Assembly (NCBI RefSeq): GCF_902713615.1
Contig: NW_024055455.1
Location: 1-47,024 of the forward strand
Direction of reading: 5' to 3'
From: Scyliorhinus canicula
Lineage: Eukaryota
Length of the DNA: 47,024 bases
Notes under the pieces: generated by a model
Told to the model about the DNA's origin: nothing
The model's database searches: none
The model's input: only the letters and a program-made list of their open reading frames with translations
Shown: piece by piece, positions 11,642-23,589 of the stretch
How positions within the stretch are numbered: the stretch's first letter is position 1
Layout of the letters: each line of letters opens with the position of its first letter
Made by a program: the position numbers and the translations under genes

Positions 11642-13589
11642 TATGTTAGGATGAGACATGAAGGCTCAGTTAGGGCACTTGAGAGTTACAAGTTAGCCAG
11701 GAAGGACCTAAAGGGAGAGTTAAGAAGAGCGAGGAGAGGACACGAAAAGTCGTTGGCGGATAGGATCAAGGAAACCCTAAGGCTTTCTATAGGTATATCA
11801 GGAACAAAAGAATGACTCGAGTAAGATTAGGGCCAATCAAGGATAGTAGTGGAAAGTTGTGTGTGGAATCAGAGGAGATAGGGGAAGCATTAAATGGATA
11901 TTTTTCGTCAGTGTTTACACTGGAGAAAGACAATGTTGTCGAGGAGAACACTCAGGTTCAGTCGACCAGGCTAGATGGAATTGAGGTTCAAAAGGAGGAG
12001 GTGTTAGCAATTTTAGAAAATGTCAAAATAGATAAGTCCCCTGGGCCAGATGGGATTTATCCTAGGATTCTCTGGGAAGCCAGGGAGGAGATTGCAGAGC
12101 CTTTGTCCTTGATATTTATGTCGTCTTTGTTGACAGGAATAGTGCCGGAAGACTGGAGGATAGCAAATGTTGTCCCCTTGTTCAAGAAGGGGAGTAGAGA
12201 CAACCCTGGTAATTATAGACCTGTGAGCCTTACTTCGGTTGTGGGTAAAATGTTGGAAAAGGTTATAAGAGATAGGGTTTATAATCATCTTGAAAAGAAC
12301 AAGTTGATTAGCGATACTCAACACGGTTTTGTGAAGGGTAAGTCATGTCTCACAAACCTTATTGAGTTTTTGAGAAGGTGACCAAACAGGTGGATCAGGG
12401 TAAAGCTGTTGATGTGGTGTATATGGATTTCAGTAAGGCGTTTGATAAGGTTCCCCACGGTAGGCTATTGCAGAAAATAAGGAAGTATGGAATTGAAGGT
12501 GATTTAGCGATTTGGATCAGTAATTGGCTAGCTGAAAGAAGACAGAGGGTGGTGGTTGATGGCAAATGTTCATCCTGGAGTTCAGTTACTAGTGGTGTAC
12601 CGCAAGGATCTGTTTTGGGGCCACTACTGTTTGTCATTTTTATAAATGACCTGGAAGAGGGTGTAGAAGGATGGGTTAGTAAATTTGCAGATGACACGAA
12701 GGTCGGTGGAGTTGTGGATAGTGCTGAAGGATGTTATAGGATACAGAGGGACATAGATAAGCTGCAGAGCTGGGCTGAGAGGTGGCAGATGGAGTTTAAT
12801 GCGGAAAAGTGTGAGGTGGTTCACTTTGGAAGGAGTAACAGGAATGCAGAGTACTGGGCTAATGGCAAGATTCTTGGTAGTGTAGATGAACAGAGAGATC
12901 TCGGCATCCAGGTACATAAATCCTTGAAAGTTGCCACCCAGGTTAATAGGGCTGTTAAGAAGGCATATGGTGTGCTAGCCTTTATAAGCAGGGGGATTGA
13001 GTTTCGGAACCACAGGGTCATGCTGCAGCTGTACATAACTCTGGTGCGGCCACACCTGGAGTACTGCGTGCAGTTCTGGTCACCACATTATAGGAAGGAT
13101 GTGGAAGCTTTGGAAAGGGTTCAGAGGAGATTTACTAGGATGTTGCCTGGTATGGAGGGAAGGTCTTACGAGGAAAGGCTCAGGGAATTGAGGTTGTTTT
13201 CGTTAGAGAGGAGAAGGCTGAGAGGTGACTTAATAGAGACATATAAGATAGTCAGAGGGTTAGATAGGGTGGACAGTGAGAGTCTTTTTCCTCGGATGGT
13301 GATGACCAACACGAGGGGACATAGCTTTAAATTGAGGGTGAGAGATATCGGACAGATGTCAGAGGCAGTTTCTTTACTCAGAGAGTAGTAGGGGTGTGGA
13401 ACGCCCTGCCTGCAACAGTAGTAGACTCGCCAACTTTAAGGGCATTTAAGTGGTCACTGGATAGACATATGGATGAAAATGGAATAGTGTAGGTCAGATA
13501 GGCTTCAGATGGTTTCACAGGTCGGCGCAACATCGAGGGCCGAAGGGCCCGTACTGCGCTGTAGTGTTCTATGTTCTATGTTCTATGGT

Positions 13590-15240
13590 GTACAAGGATA
13601 CCCAGGTCTCATTGCACATTCCCCGCCTCTCCTAATCTATGGCCGTTCAGATAATAGTCTGCCTTCTCATTTTTGGTACCAATGTGGATAACCTCGCATT
13701 TCTCCAAATTATACTGCATCTGCCATTCATTTGCCCACTCACTCAACTTGTCCAATCACACTGAAGGATCTCTGCATCCTCCTCACAGCTCACCCTCCCA
13801 AGCACCTTGTGATCTGTAAATTTGGAGATATTGCATTTTGTTCCCTCATCTAAGTTGTTAATATATAGTGGCGCAGCTGCCTCATGGTGCTGAGGATCAG
13901 GGTTCAATCATGCCTGGGTCACTGTCTGTGTGCAGTCAAGTTCTCGATTTTGCGTGGGTCTCACCCCCATAACCCCAAAGATGTGCAGTGGAGGGGAACT
14001 GGCCACGCTAAATTACCACTTAATTGCAAAAATAGAATTGGGTACTTTAAATTTGAAAAGAAAAATCATTTATATATCTTGTGAATATCTGGGCCCAGGC
14101 ACTGATCCCAGCGGTACCCCACTAGCCACTGCCTGCCAATTTGAAAAAGATCCATTAATTCCTCCTCTTTGTTTCCTGTCTGCCAGTCAGTTTTTTTCCA
14201 TCTCAAGAGACGACCCCTAATCCCATGAGCTTTCATTTTACACACTAATATCTTATGCAGGAATAAGTCGAAAGCCATCTGAAAGTACACATATACTACA
14301 TCCACTGGCTCTCCCTCGTCAACTCTACCAGTTACACACTTGAAGAATTCCAGTAGATTTGTCAAGCATGATTTCCCCTTCATAAATCCATGCTGGCTCT
14401 GTCCGATCCTGCCACTGGTTTCGAAGTGCTTTGCTTTAAAATCTTTGATAATGGATTCTAAAATTTGCCCCACTGCCGATGTCAGGCTTTCTGGTCTATA
14501 ATTCCCTGTTTTGTCTCGAGGTCCCTATTTAAATAGTGGAGTTACATAAGCCATCCTCCAATGTGCAGGAATTGTTCCAGAGTCTATAGAATCCTGGAAG
14601 ATGACCACCAATGCATCCATTATTTCTAGAACCACTTCCTTAAGTACTTTGGGATACAGATTATCAGGCCCTGGGGATTTATCAGCCTCCAATCCCATCA
14701 ATTTCCCCAACACAATTTCTCGAATATTGATCTCCTTCAGTTCCTTCCTCTCACTAAATCCTGCGTTCCCCAACATTTCTAGCATCTAATTTGTGAAGCC
14801 AGAAGCAAGTATGTATTTATTTGCTCAGCCATTTCTTTGTTCCCTATTATACATTCCCCTGTTTCTGACTGAAAGGAACCTACATTTGTCTTCACCATCT
14901 TTCTCTTCACATACCGACAGAAACTTATAAAATCAGCCTAATTTCCTGTTTTCTGCCATTCCCAACATCACCACTGCAGTTTGGGGTCTAGATACAAGCC
15001 CACTAATGTTTTTTGCCCCTTGGTGTTTCTCAGCTCTACCCATACAGATTCCACATTGTTGGAGCTAATATCCTTCCTCACTATTGCATTAATTTCCTCT
15101 TTAACCAGCACTGCCACTCCACTGCCTTTTCCTTTTTGTCTGTCCTTCCTAAATACTGAATATATTCAATTCCCATCCCTGGTCATCCTGCAGCCATGTC
15201 TCCAGAATCCCGATTATCTCACACCCGTTTACATCTATTT
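13590..15240 (-). mobile_element. Degenerate CR1 RT fragments with a SINE inserted at ~13868-14070
   Basis: Minus-strand QSQHGFMKGKSCLTNLLEFF and DKSPGPD motifs, with stops and deletions. Confidence 0.85.
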
Positions 15241-15254
15241 ACACAATTCACTCG

Positions 15255-15600
15255 GTTATGCCGTCTGCAGTCACACCAGCGTGTTCATTCTGGGGAGAGG
15301 CCGTTCACCTGCTCTCAATGTGCGAAGGGATTTTGTAATTCATCGCACTTTCTGAGACACCAACAAGTTCACAACTGATTACAGGGATTGGATTCTGCTG
15401 TTATTGTTTCTGTTCTCAATTACATCCAGGACTGCATTTTGTTCATTCTGTTGGTCAGTGGGGAGGTCAGAGGGTTTCTTTCTGCTGGACTGGCTGGTCT
15501 CATGGCTTCTCCCCCAGTGGGCTGATTCTCTCTGAGCCTTCTTGCAAATATCTGGTTGCACATTTCACAAGGATCAAAGAGTGAAAGGGAGTTTGGAGGT
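15255..15600 (+). pseudogene. Zinc-finger gene 3' remnant (one finger plus typical 3'UTR)
   Basis: [33 protein letters not shown]. Confidence 0.7.
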
Positions 15601-15930
15601 TCATAGATCATGGAATTTACAGTGCTGAAGAAGTCCATTCAGCCACATCGAGTCTGCACCGGCCCTTGGAAAGAGCATCCCAACCAAGCCCGCACCTCCA
15701 CCCTATCCCAGTAACCCCACTTAATCTTTTTTGGACACTAAGGGCAATTTATCATGGCCAATCCACCTCACCCGCACATCATTGGACTGTGGGAGGAAAC
15801 TGGAGCACCCGGAGGAAACCCACGCACACTCGGGAGATCGTGCAGACTCCACACAGTGACCCAAGCCGGGAATCGAACCTGGTACCCTGGAGCTGAGAAG
15901 CAGCTGTTCTAACCACTATGCTACCATGCT
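15600..15930 (-). mobile_element. V-SINE with CR1-derived tail
   Basis: Reverse-complement core (GCAGACTCCACACAGTGACCCAAGCC) and a CR1-type 3' end. Confidence 0.75.
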
Positions 15931-17181
15931 CTTCAGGTTAGAAGATATTTCATTACCATTTCTGTTTTGAAATCCCCCAAATCATGCCACATTGCCATGA
16001 AGATGGGCTATGGTGGTTACATAGTTCTTTTGTTTAATTAGTCTTGGTGCTTCTCACAGAAGAAAACTATCAGGGTCTGAGGGGCATGTTGTCTGAGGTG
16101 CACTGGGAACTACATTACATAGTATGGTGGGTGACAGGCAATCACTAATATTTATGGAATTATTACAGATTTACATGGGGATCGGTTAGCTCAGTTGACT
16201 GGATGGCTGGTTTGTGCTGAGTGACACGAACAGCACAGGTTAAATTCCCATAGCGGCTGAGGTTAGCCATGGTCTGTCAGTATTTGTGCTCCACATGACC
16301 CTCCACCCACCCCTCTATATCCCCCCCCTCTATACCCTCCTTCCCCCCCCCCCCCCCCCCCCCCACCCCACCATCATCTCCCTCTATTCCTTTCTCTCTC
16401 ATGTATGATCTAGCTTTACGTTCAATGGATTAATGCTGTTCACCTCAACCACTGGCTGTGGGAGTGAGTTGCACATTCTCACCACTCGCTGGTAAAGAGG
16501 TTTCTGCTGAAATTCCTATTGGATTATTGAATTCCTTCATAATCTGAAAGACTTCTTCCAGGTCACCCATCAGTCTTCTCCTTTCCAGAAAAAAGCAGCC
16601 CCAGACTTTCCTGGGTGTTAAATGCTCTCAGTTCTGTATATTATGAATCTTTGTTGCACCTTATCCAGTGCCCTATTTCCTTTATCGAAATGGAGATCAC
16701 CAATGTTGACACTGCTCCCAGTGTAGTCTAACCCCGGTTCTAAACAAGCTGAACATTTCCTCCGTGCTTTTCAATTCTATCTCTCTAGAATGGAACCCTA
16801 TATATAATTGCCCCACACTTTGGGAAAGATGTGAAGTTCTCAGAGACGGTGTCGAGAACATTTACGAGAATGGTACCAGAGATGAGGGACACCAGTTAGT
16901 TGGAGTGACTGGAGCAACTAAATTTCACTCCTGAGATCACAGCATCTGGAGGGTGGGGAATGGGGCCATTCAGCCCTTTGGGACCGTGTCGGCTCCCTGT
17001 GGAGGAAGCCAGTCTGTCTATTGCCCCGTTCTATCCCCAAATCCCTGTGAGTTTATTTCTCTCAATGCCTGTCCAATTTCCTATTGAAAATCATTCCATC
17101 TCTGCATCTCCCACCCTCATAGGCGATAGGTTCCAGGTTGTTACCACTCCCTTTACATGTACACAAGGCTGTTCGAGCACA

Positions 17182-17281
17182 NNNNNNNNNNNNNNNNNNN
17201 NNNNNNNNNNNNNNNNNNNNNNNNNNNNNNNNNNNNNNNNNNNNNNNNNNNNNNNNNNNNNNNNNNNNNNNNNNNNNNNNN
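17182..17281. other. Assembly gap (100 N)
   Basis: Run of exactly 100 N, typical of a scaffolding gap of unknown size. Confidence 0.99.
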
Positions 17282-17576
17282 TACTCATTCCATTCCCAAT
17301 CACTGAGAGATTCAGTCAGACATGTTTCTAATAATACTGACGGGGCTCTTGCATATTAAGTACTGGATTATGCACCATGGGACCCGTGCTCTCTGGTTGT
17401 GACTTCTAAAGAAATAAAATGAATTTAAATGGATTCTGACCCTTCTTTTCTGATATGAAAGAGTAAACGCAAATCACGAACGTACCTCACTCATTGCAGC
17501 ATATCCATGGAAGTGTTACTAAAATGCCTGCTCTTGGATAACTGCACAGGCTACACACTTTCAGAATGACCCGGCA

Positions 17577-17615
17577 GGTTTTTGTACGGCGCTGAATGGT
17601 TTTCAGTTCACTGTG
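17577..17615 (-). other. 23-bp-spacer recombination signal sequence
   Basis: CACAGTG (17615-17609), 23 nt, ACAAAAACC (17585-17577); perfect consensus. Confidence 0.97.
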
Positions 17616-18121
17616 CCTCACTGCACAGAGATAGGTGGCGGTGTCTGTCACTCGAACGTCACTAACATTCAGAGAGCTGTGTTTCTCTGCTGAACTGAAC
17701 CGAGCTGTGATCCTGCCCTGATCGCTGGTGCCGATCGCCAGGTGCTGCATGGTTCCATCGGGGTATTGTCTGTACCATTGTAGGATCACTCCTGCTACTG
17801 TGGTGGAACAGGCCAAGGATGCAATGTCTCCCTCGGGAACCACCATTGACTCTGGAGACTGTGATACCTCTTCACTGCCAGCAGCATCTGAGATGTAAAA
17901 TAACATGAATAATTTAATATCACACAGACGGCGAGAATATGATATAGCACAATCAACTACAACATGACATAACAATATATACAATAAAGGAAACTGTACG
18001 TCCCTATAACATGACATGTCTGATGTGTGACATATTCCTGCCAGATATAGTGGTTACACTCACACGGAGAGAAGAGTAAGAAATTCAGGGAGATAATCAC
18101 TAAAGTGAAGCTCAGCTTCAT
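17616..18121 (-). CDS. TRAV: TCR alpha-type V gene: leader exon 18121-18064, V exon 17887-17616; intact
   Basis: Leader MKLSFTLVIISLNFLLFSP then GTGAGT donor, phase 1 matching the acceptor. V reads EEVSQSPESMVVPEGDIASLAC...QWYRQ...DTATYLCAVR with C, W and YxC motifs. Confidence 0.93.
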
Positions 18122-18319
18122 GCTGGATCCTATCGATCTGTGTTCAGTAGCTCTCGGTAGTGTTCAGGACCAGAGACAATACCGCGGAGGCAGCGCTGTT
18201 GTCCATCAAACTGAGTCTAACACCAACTGCACCGTGCCCGCCCGAGCCGGGTCTTAGGGGCTTGAGATCACAAAGTGAAGCTGTGAAGGAGATTCAGCAT
18301 TGGATGGGGTGTGGGTCGA

Positions 18320-18425
18320 AGAATTCGCATGCGCAGAGTACCGCCTATGTGGAGTCAGACTGAGGACACGTGTGATGTTTCCCTGCAGATTTAGTGACGT
18401 AAGTCTGTAAACCGAGTGACGTTAG
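18320..18425 (-). promoter_or_regulatory. Candidate V promoter elements
   Basis: CRE-like TGACGTAA at 18395-18402 and AGTGACGT at ~18415, about 280 bp upstream of the leader ATG. CRE-type motifs are typical of TCR V promoters. Confidence 0.4.
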
Positions 18426-20048
18426 TGGGACTGGTTGAAGAGTCAAAAATATCTTTCCCGGAGCTGATCGAACAGCCAGCCCTGAGTTTTAGAGAATTAA
18501 CAGCTGATCAGAAATAGCAAGGCTGGGTTACCCTGGAGACTGGTTTGATGACGGATCTGTCGGTCGGATCGGATTCTGCAGTGTATTTTTACTGCCGCTG
18601 CTGGTCACAGGTGGGTTAGTTTCATTCGAGGTTAATGTGGTCCCCTCCCCCGCCCGGTGTGGGTTTCTGTGGCTGACATCGCCGCTGCTCGATGGCTCCA
18701 CATCATGTCTGCATCTGCCCGAGATTCTGTCGAAACTCCAACAGACAGGAGCTCTAAGACACAGTGCAAAATACGGGACTGTTGTCCACCATGAACTCAG
18801 TCTGTGTCCTGCTCCTGAGTAACTATTCAGAGCCACTTTCTCCACCCAGAGATACAGAGAGAGGTTTGGCTGGCTGAGCGGTGCTGTTGCTGTTTTGTTT
18901 TTTGCCTCGCTGCTTGTCTGCTGACATGAGTAACATAGCACAAGTGAAAGACTGAAACTTTCTCCTGAACACCACACGGACTGCAGCGGTTCAAGAAGGA
19001 AGCATCAAAGGTTAAACTAAAAGCAACTACTTCTTCTGTCTTAACATCAGACGGCAGTAGCCGAGAAACAGAATTCCCATCACTCAGATCAGAAATACAT
19101 GCTGAAACAAGAAATAATCATATGTTTAAAATTCCGATTGAAACCATGATTTCAAATGCGATGAAATGTGTTTGTTCCACAATTACTTTCCGAAATGCCC
19201 CGCCCGCACCAGCCCCATGCAACCTAGATGGCCGCATTGTCGCCGTCTAATTTGTGAAGGTTGAAATTCGAAGCAACACCTTCTATTCCGCACCATCAAG
19301 AATCGGTTGTCTTTCTCAGCATTTTCTCACTTTCTTGCGTCTCCAATGATGGTTTAAGACCTGTAGGTGGGGAACTGCCCGTCAGTGAATGGGAACAATC
19401 CGAGCTGGGATACAGTCAGTACCTTATAAGAAGAATCGCTGCATATTTCCAGACGGGGTTAGGAATGGGTTTGCTGGTCCGGTTATTGTAGGACGGAAAC
19501 ACATGTTTGTGAATTGTGTCAGAAAAACAATAAACAGACACTCGAAAGGAGAATTAATATTGGAGGGACTCTGACCTTGGCGTTTGTTATAAAGTCTGCA
19601 ACCACTGCCTCATGAAATGTGCTAATTTTCTACAAACGTCCGTGAACCAATAAAATACACCAGTCATCCAGACTCTGTGTATCGACTTTGATCAAAGGGT
19701 CCTAGAAGGGGAGAACTGAGATGGAGAAAGGTTCACACAATAATTCAGACAGAAATTGAAAGATCATAAACAGACTAAATGTGAGTTAACGAACCATAAA
19801 TTAACTTGTGAAATTCATTTCAGTACAAATGCAAGTTATAAACTAACGAATATAAGTATCCAGTTCCTGCTCACTTGTTCGTATTGAGTGTTGTGTTTGA
19901 TTTTGATGTTGTATTAATGAGCCTGTGACTCTGACAGGCTGAGTAGTTGTGTCTGTCTATCATTGTGAGAGCGCCCTCTGCTGCGAAATAACTGGAACTC
20001 CCAGTGTGAGTTCATGTACGGGACCCGCTGTATCTCTGCAGCAGTGTG

Positions 20049-20483
20049 GGCTCCATCGCGCAGAAATATACGGCACTGTCGGAGAGATCAGCTTCGGCGA
20101 TATTTAAAGGAACCGTTTGGTTTTCTTTGTGTATAACAGCCGAGAATCTGGCTGGGAAATCTGGAGACTTATCTGAACTGCCAGTGCTATATATTTTCAT
20201 TACATTCCTCGGAGGATTCCCGGGATACTGAATGTACCAGAACAGAGTGTCAAAAACAGCTGTCGAGTATCTAAAGTCCAGGTTAATGCTCTGTCCTTCC
20301 AGAACCGTTATCTCAGATCGATCCTGGGACACTGAATCTTCAATATTTGTTCCTGGAACAAAACAGAAAATGTACTCAGTATCTGGGAGTAAAGATAACA
20401 CACGGAACACACGGTGAACATTTAAACATCGACTCACCGGGAAGCATGGCCATTATTATCAGTAACCAACATGGGGAACACAT
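20049..20483 (-). CDS. TCR alpha/delta V gene, open frame but first conserved Cys replaced by Phe: leader 20483-20438, V exon 20352-20049
   Basis: Leader MCSPCWLLIIMAMLP then GTGAGT. V reads EDSVSQDRSEITVLEGQSINLDFRYS...FWYIQYPG...DSAVYFCAMEP. RSS is CACACTG, 24 nt, ACATGAACT (20048-20009). Confidence 0.88.
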
Positions 20484-21568
20484 GGTGTCTGGATTAGAGT
20501 TCAACAGAAATAAATCAGATTTTGAATATGTTCTGGTATTAACACGGAATTTCAGATCAGTGGAAGCTTCACTGACTGCGAGACTGAGGAGCGTTTCCCA
20601 GCGACATGATTGGCTGGTCTGTCGAAACTGGTGACAGTTGGGCTCCAATCAGTGTTCGTTTTGGACCAATGATATCTTCTGACGTCCTCTTTCTCCCTGC
20701 CTTTCTCTGTTCCTCCAGCTCTGTCTTTGTCTCAAGGTCTGCCCCGCTCTGTCGCTCGGTCTCTGTGTCTCTGTTTTCCTTTTCTCTGTTTCTGACCCTC
20801 TCTCACACACTTCCTCTGCCTCTTTCTTTTTCTCCCGTTTTCCTTGAAGTTCAGACTGTAGAAAATCCAATTCGTCCATCTTTTTAGTTTCAAGGAGTTC
20901 ATCAATGTGTTCAGTTAAAAGGAGCATCTGTGGAGCTGAGTCCACAAAAGATCAGCCATGATCTCATTGAATGGCAGAGCAGGCTCGAGGGGCCAGATGG
21001 CCTACTCCTGCTCCTAGTTCTTATGTTCTTATAACAGGTAAAATAGGATATCCACAGCTCAGGGTAGGATCAAAATGGAAACAGTTACATTTAGATCCCA
21101 AAATTAAATAGAATATTTGTGTGAATTAGGAGTCATGTTTACATTTTTGTATGTGTTGGTAGTTTAGAGTCGGGATCACATCGTGATCTCCGTGGATTCA
21201 TATTGTTTAAACCCAGCTTCTTGAACCAATGTGCCTGAGATATTACACTAAACAACGGGAACCGCCAAGATATAAAATGACGTTGGAATTAGCTCCGTGT
21301 GTAAGTTGAAATAAATTGCAATAATAACAATATGGAACAAAAATAATGTTCCATCACCATGCAACAGAATTCGGTGATTTTTCAGGAAAGGGCCATACCT
21401 CAGATCGCCATCAGATGGAGCTCGCTCATCGTGTTTTTCTGTTTACTGCACTGGGTACAGGAGTGACAACATGGTGTTTGTGCGGCTGGTCTAGTAATCC
21501 AGGGCGTCAAATGGCTCTAGGAAATGACCCCTTCCTTATTGCTTTCGCACTTCTCAAAGATTTACCTG

Positions 21569-22297
21569 AATAGAACATATATAACATAGAACATTACAGC
21601 GCAGTACAGGCCCTTCGCCCCACGATGTTGCACCGTCCTGTGAAACCCTTCTAAAGTCCCTCTACACTATTCCTTTATCGTCCATCTGTCTATCCAATGA
21701 CCATTTGAATGCCCTCAGTGTTGGCGAGTCCACTACTGTTGCAGGTAGGGCATTCCACGCCCTTATTACTCTCTGAGTAAAGAACCTACCTCTGACATCT
21801 GTCCTATATCTATCTCCCCTCAATTTAAAGCTATGTCCCCTCGTGCTGGACATCACCATCCGAGGAAAAAGGCTCTCACTGTCCACCCTATCTAATCCTC
21901 TGATCATCTTGAATGCCTCAATTAAGTCACCTCTTAACTTTCATCATTCTAACGAAAACAGCCTGAAGTTCCTCAGCCTTTCCTCCATATCAGGCAACAT
22001 CCTGGTAAATCTCCTCTCCACCCTTTCTAATTCTTCCACATCCTTCCTACAATGCGGCGACCAGAACTGCACGCAATACTCCAAATGTGGTCGCACCAGA
22101 GTTTTGTACAACTGCAACATGACCTCATGGCTCCGAAACTCAATTCCTCTAACACACCGTACGCCTTCTTAACAACCCTCTCAACCTGGGTGGCAACTTT
22201 CAGGGATCTATGTACATGGACACCGTGATCTCTCTGCTCATCCACACTACCAAGAATCTTACCATTAGCCCAGTACTCTGTCTTCCTGTTATTCCTT
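21569..22297 (-). mobile_element. 5'-truncated CR1 (same subfamily as 7543-13588)
   Basis: Minus-strand MIRGLDRVDSESLFPRMVMSSTRGHSFKLRG and a CATAGAA tail. Confidence 0.9.
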
Positions 22298-22333
22298 CCT
22301 AACCCTAACCCTAACCCTAAGCCAAACCCTAAC
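22298..22333. repeat. Interstitial telomeric repeat (CCCTAA)n
   Basis: CCTAACCCTAACCCTAACCCTAAGCCAAACCCTAAC. Confidence 0.9.
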
Positions 22334-23069
22334 AGAGATTTTAGATCAGATAAAGTGTTAAATAAAGAGAATCATGAAAATGTAAAACCTCTTTTCCATT
22401 AACGCACATTTTGCTGCTAAACAGTTGACATTTCCGAAACATGTTTCGTGAGGGAGAGAGATGGAGAATACTAAGATTAACGTTTCGTAAACAGCTTTTT
22501 AAAAATGTACCAGAATAACGCGGTTTTGCTGTTAATGGACTTCATTTGTTTTTATTCCAGGGCTGTTTCATCGGACATTCATAAATACAAAATCGGCACA
22601 AAAACATACTTTTCTTTTTGATTCAATGACGAACTCGAGTCGGAACAGCCCCACCCAAAACATCGCCTTGCCTACAGTTATTTTGGTGTCCAATCTGTTG
22701 GTATTTTCACAGCAACTGTGAATTTCATCTTAACGGGAAAGCTTTCTGCTCGTGTTTGCACCGATTGGATCTCTTTGTGAGGGATATAATCGGTCTCAGT
22801 CCCACTGATATATTTAGATTTCACGAATCGTCTGTTAGTTCGGAAATGTTGAGCAAAGTGATGTCATTAGTAGGGTGTATGTTTGGTGACTGTTGTTTCA
22901 GCGGGAGTGTCACTGAGATTTGATCTACTCACACCATATTTTTAAATACAGCATGACAAAGACAGCAAAAGCACTAAATGCACCCTGTAACGTAGGAATG
23001 CACCTCAGTCAACCGATCGTTAAGAATTTAAATAATTGTTTCTTGTGATTTTGGGGTCCCTGGTTACAT

Positions 23070-23390
23070 TTTGCTATTTCCGAGGCAACCACGTTGCTGT
23101 GCGTCTGGTGTCACGTTGCGAGCCAGACTGAGTTAAGATGGCAGATTCCCTTCCCCTAATGACAACAATAAAGCTGATGGGTTTCTACGACAACTAATGA
23201 TCACCATTACTGAGACTTGCCTGGTGTCAATTCCATATTATTTTTATTTAATTACTGAATTCAGTAAATTCCTCCCGCTGCTATGGTGAGAATTGAACCT
23301 ATGTCTTGATATCATCAACACGGATCTTTGAATTCGTGGGATAGTAATTTTACTGCTACAACAGTATGTTGGATAACTGCTAAACTTGAA
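23070..23390 (-). mobile_element. Ancient Deu-domain SINE (SacSINE1-like); mirrored at ~32610-32915
   Basis: Contains AAACCCATCAG...GGGAAGGGAATCTGCCATC...TCTGGCTCGCAACGTGACACCAGAC, resembling the Deu domain. Confidence 0.6.
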
Positions 23391-23589
23391 TGGAAATTAT
23401 TTCTTGCATTGTCGTAAATCTGACCAGTGTCCAGAGTCCAACAAAGGTAGTGGGGAAATTTGAAAACGTTTGAATAAAGCAACAAATCAAGTTGCTGTTC
23501 CCAAGGTCCTTTAGATAACGCAAGAGCGCGCCCACGTGTCTGTTCTTGGCCTGCTGCAATGTTCCAGTGAAGCGCAACACAAACTGGAG

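Larger units (their letters stand above)
7543..13588 (+). mobile_element. Near full-length CR1 LINE (5'UTR, ORF1, ORF2, 3' tail), frameshifted and interrupted at 9892-11641
   Basis: ORF1 has Cys motifs (CSSC...CGKC) and a SGNH-esterase-like region (VVVHIGTND). ORF2 has an APE endonuclease (YFNTRSIRNK, ISETW, VYRPP, MGDFNFP, SDH) and RT (QHGF, GVPQGSVLGP, KFADD). The tail is (TTCTATG)n at ~13566-13588. Confidence 0.95.

Noticed and set aside
16300-16375. Long C-rich tracts (also ~325-358 and 36671-36688) with G-quadruplex potential on the minus strand
   Set aside because: Low-complexity homopolymers next to repeat remnants; no evidence of function, and prone to sequencing error.
18640-18900. 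Minus-strand ORF segment faintly like a V FR1 (SQPNLSL...EKVALNSYS...ISGR)
   Set aside because: No conserved Cys, WYRQ or YxC motif and no RSS; cannot be supported without a profile search.
19481-19518. GGTTATTGT, 22 nt, AATTGTG, resembling an RSS
   Set aside because: No V or J coding sequence adjoins it; treated as a chance or cryptic RSS.
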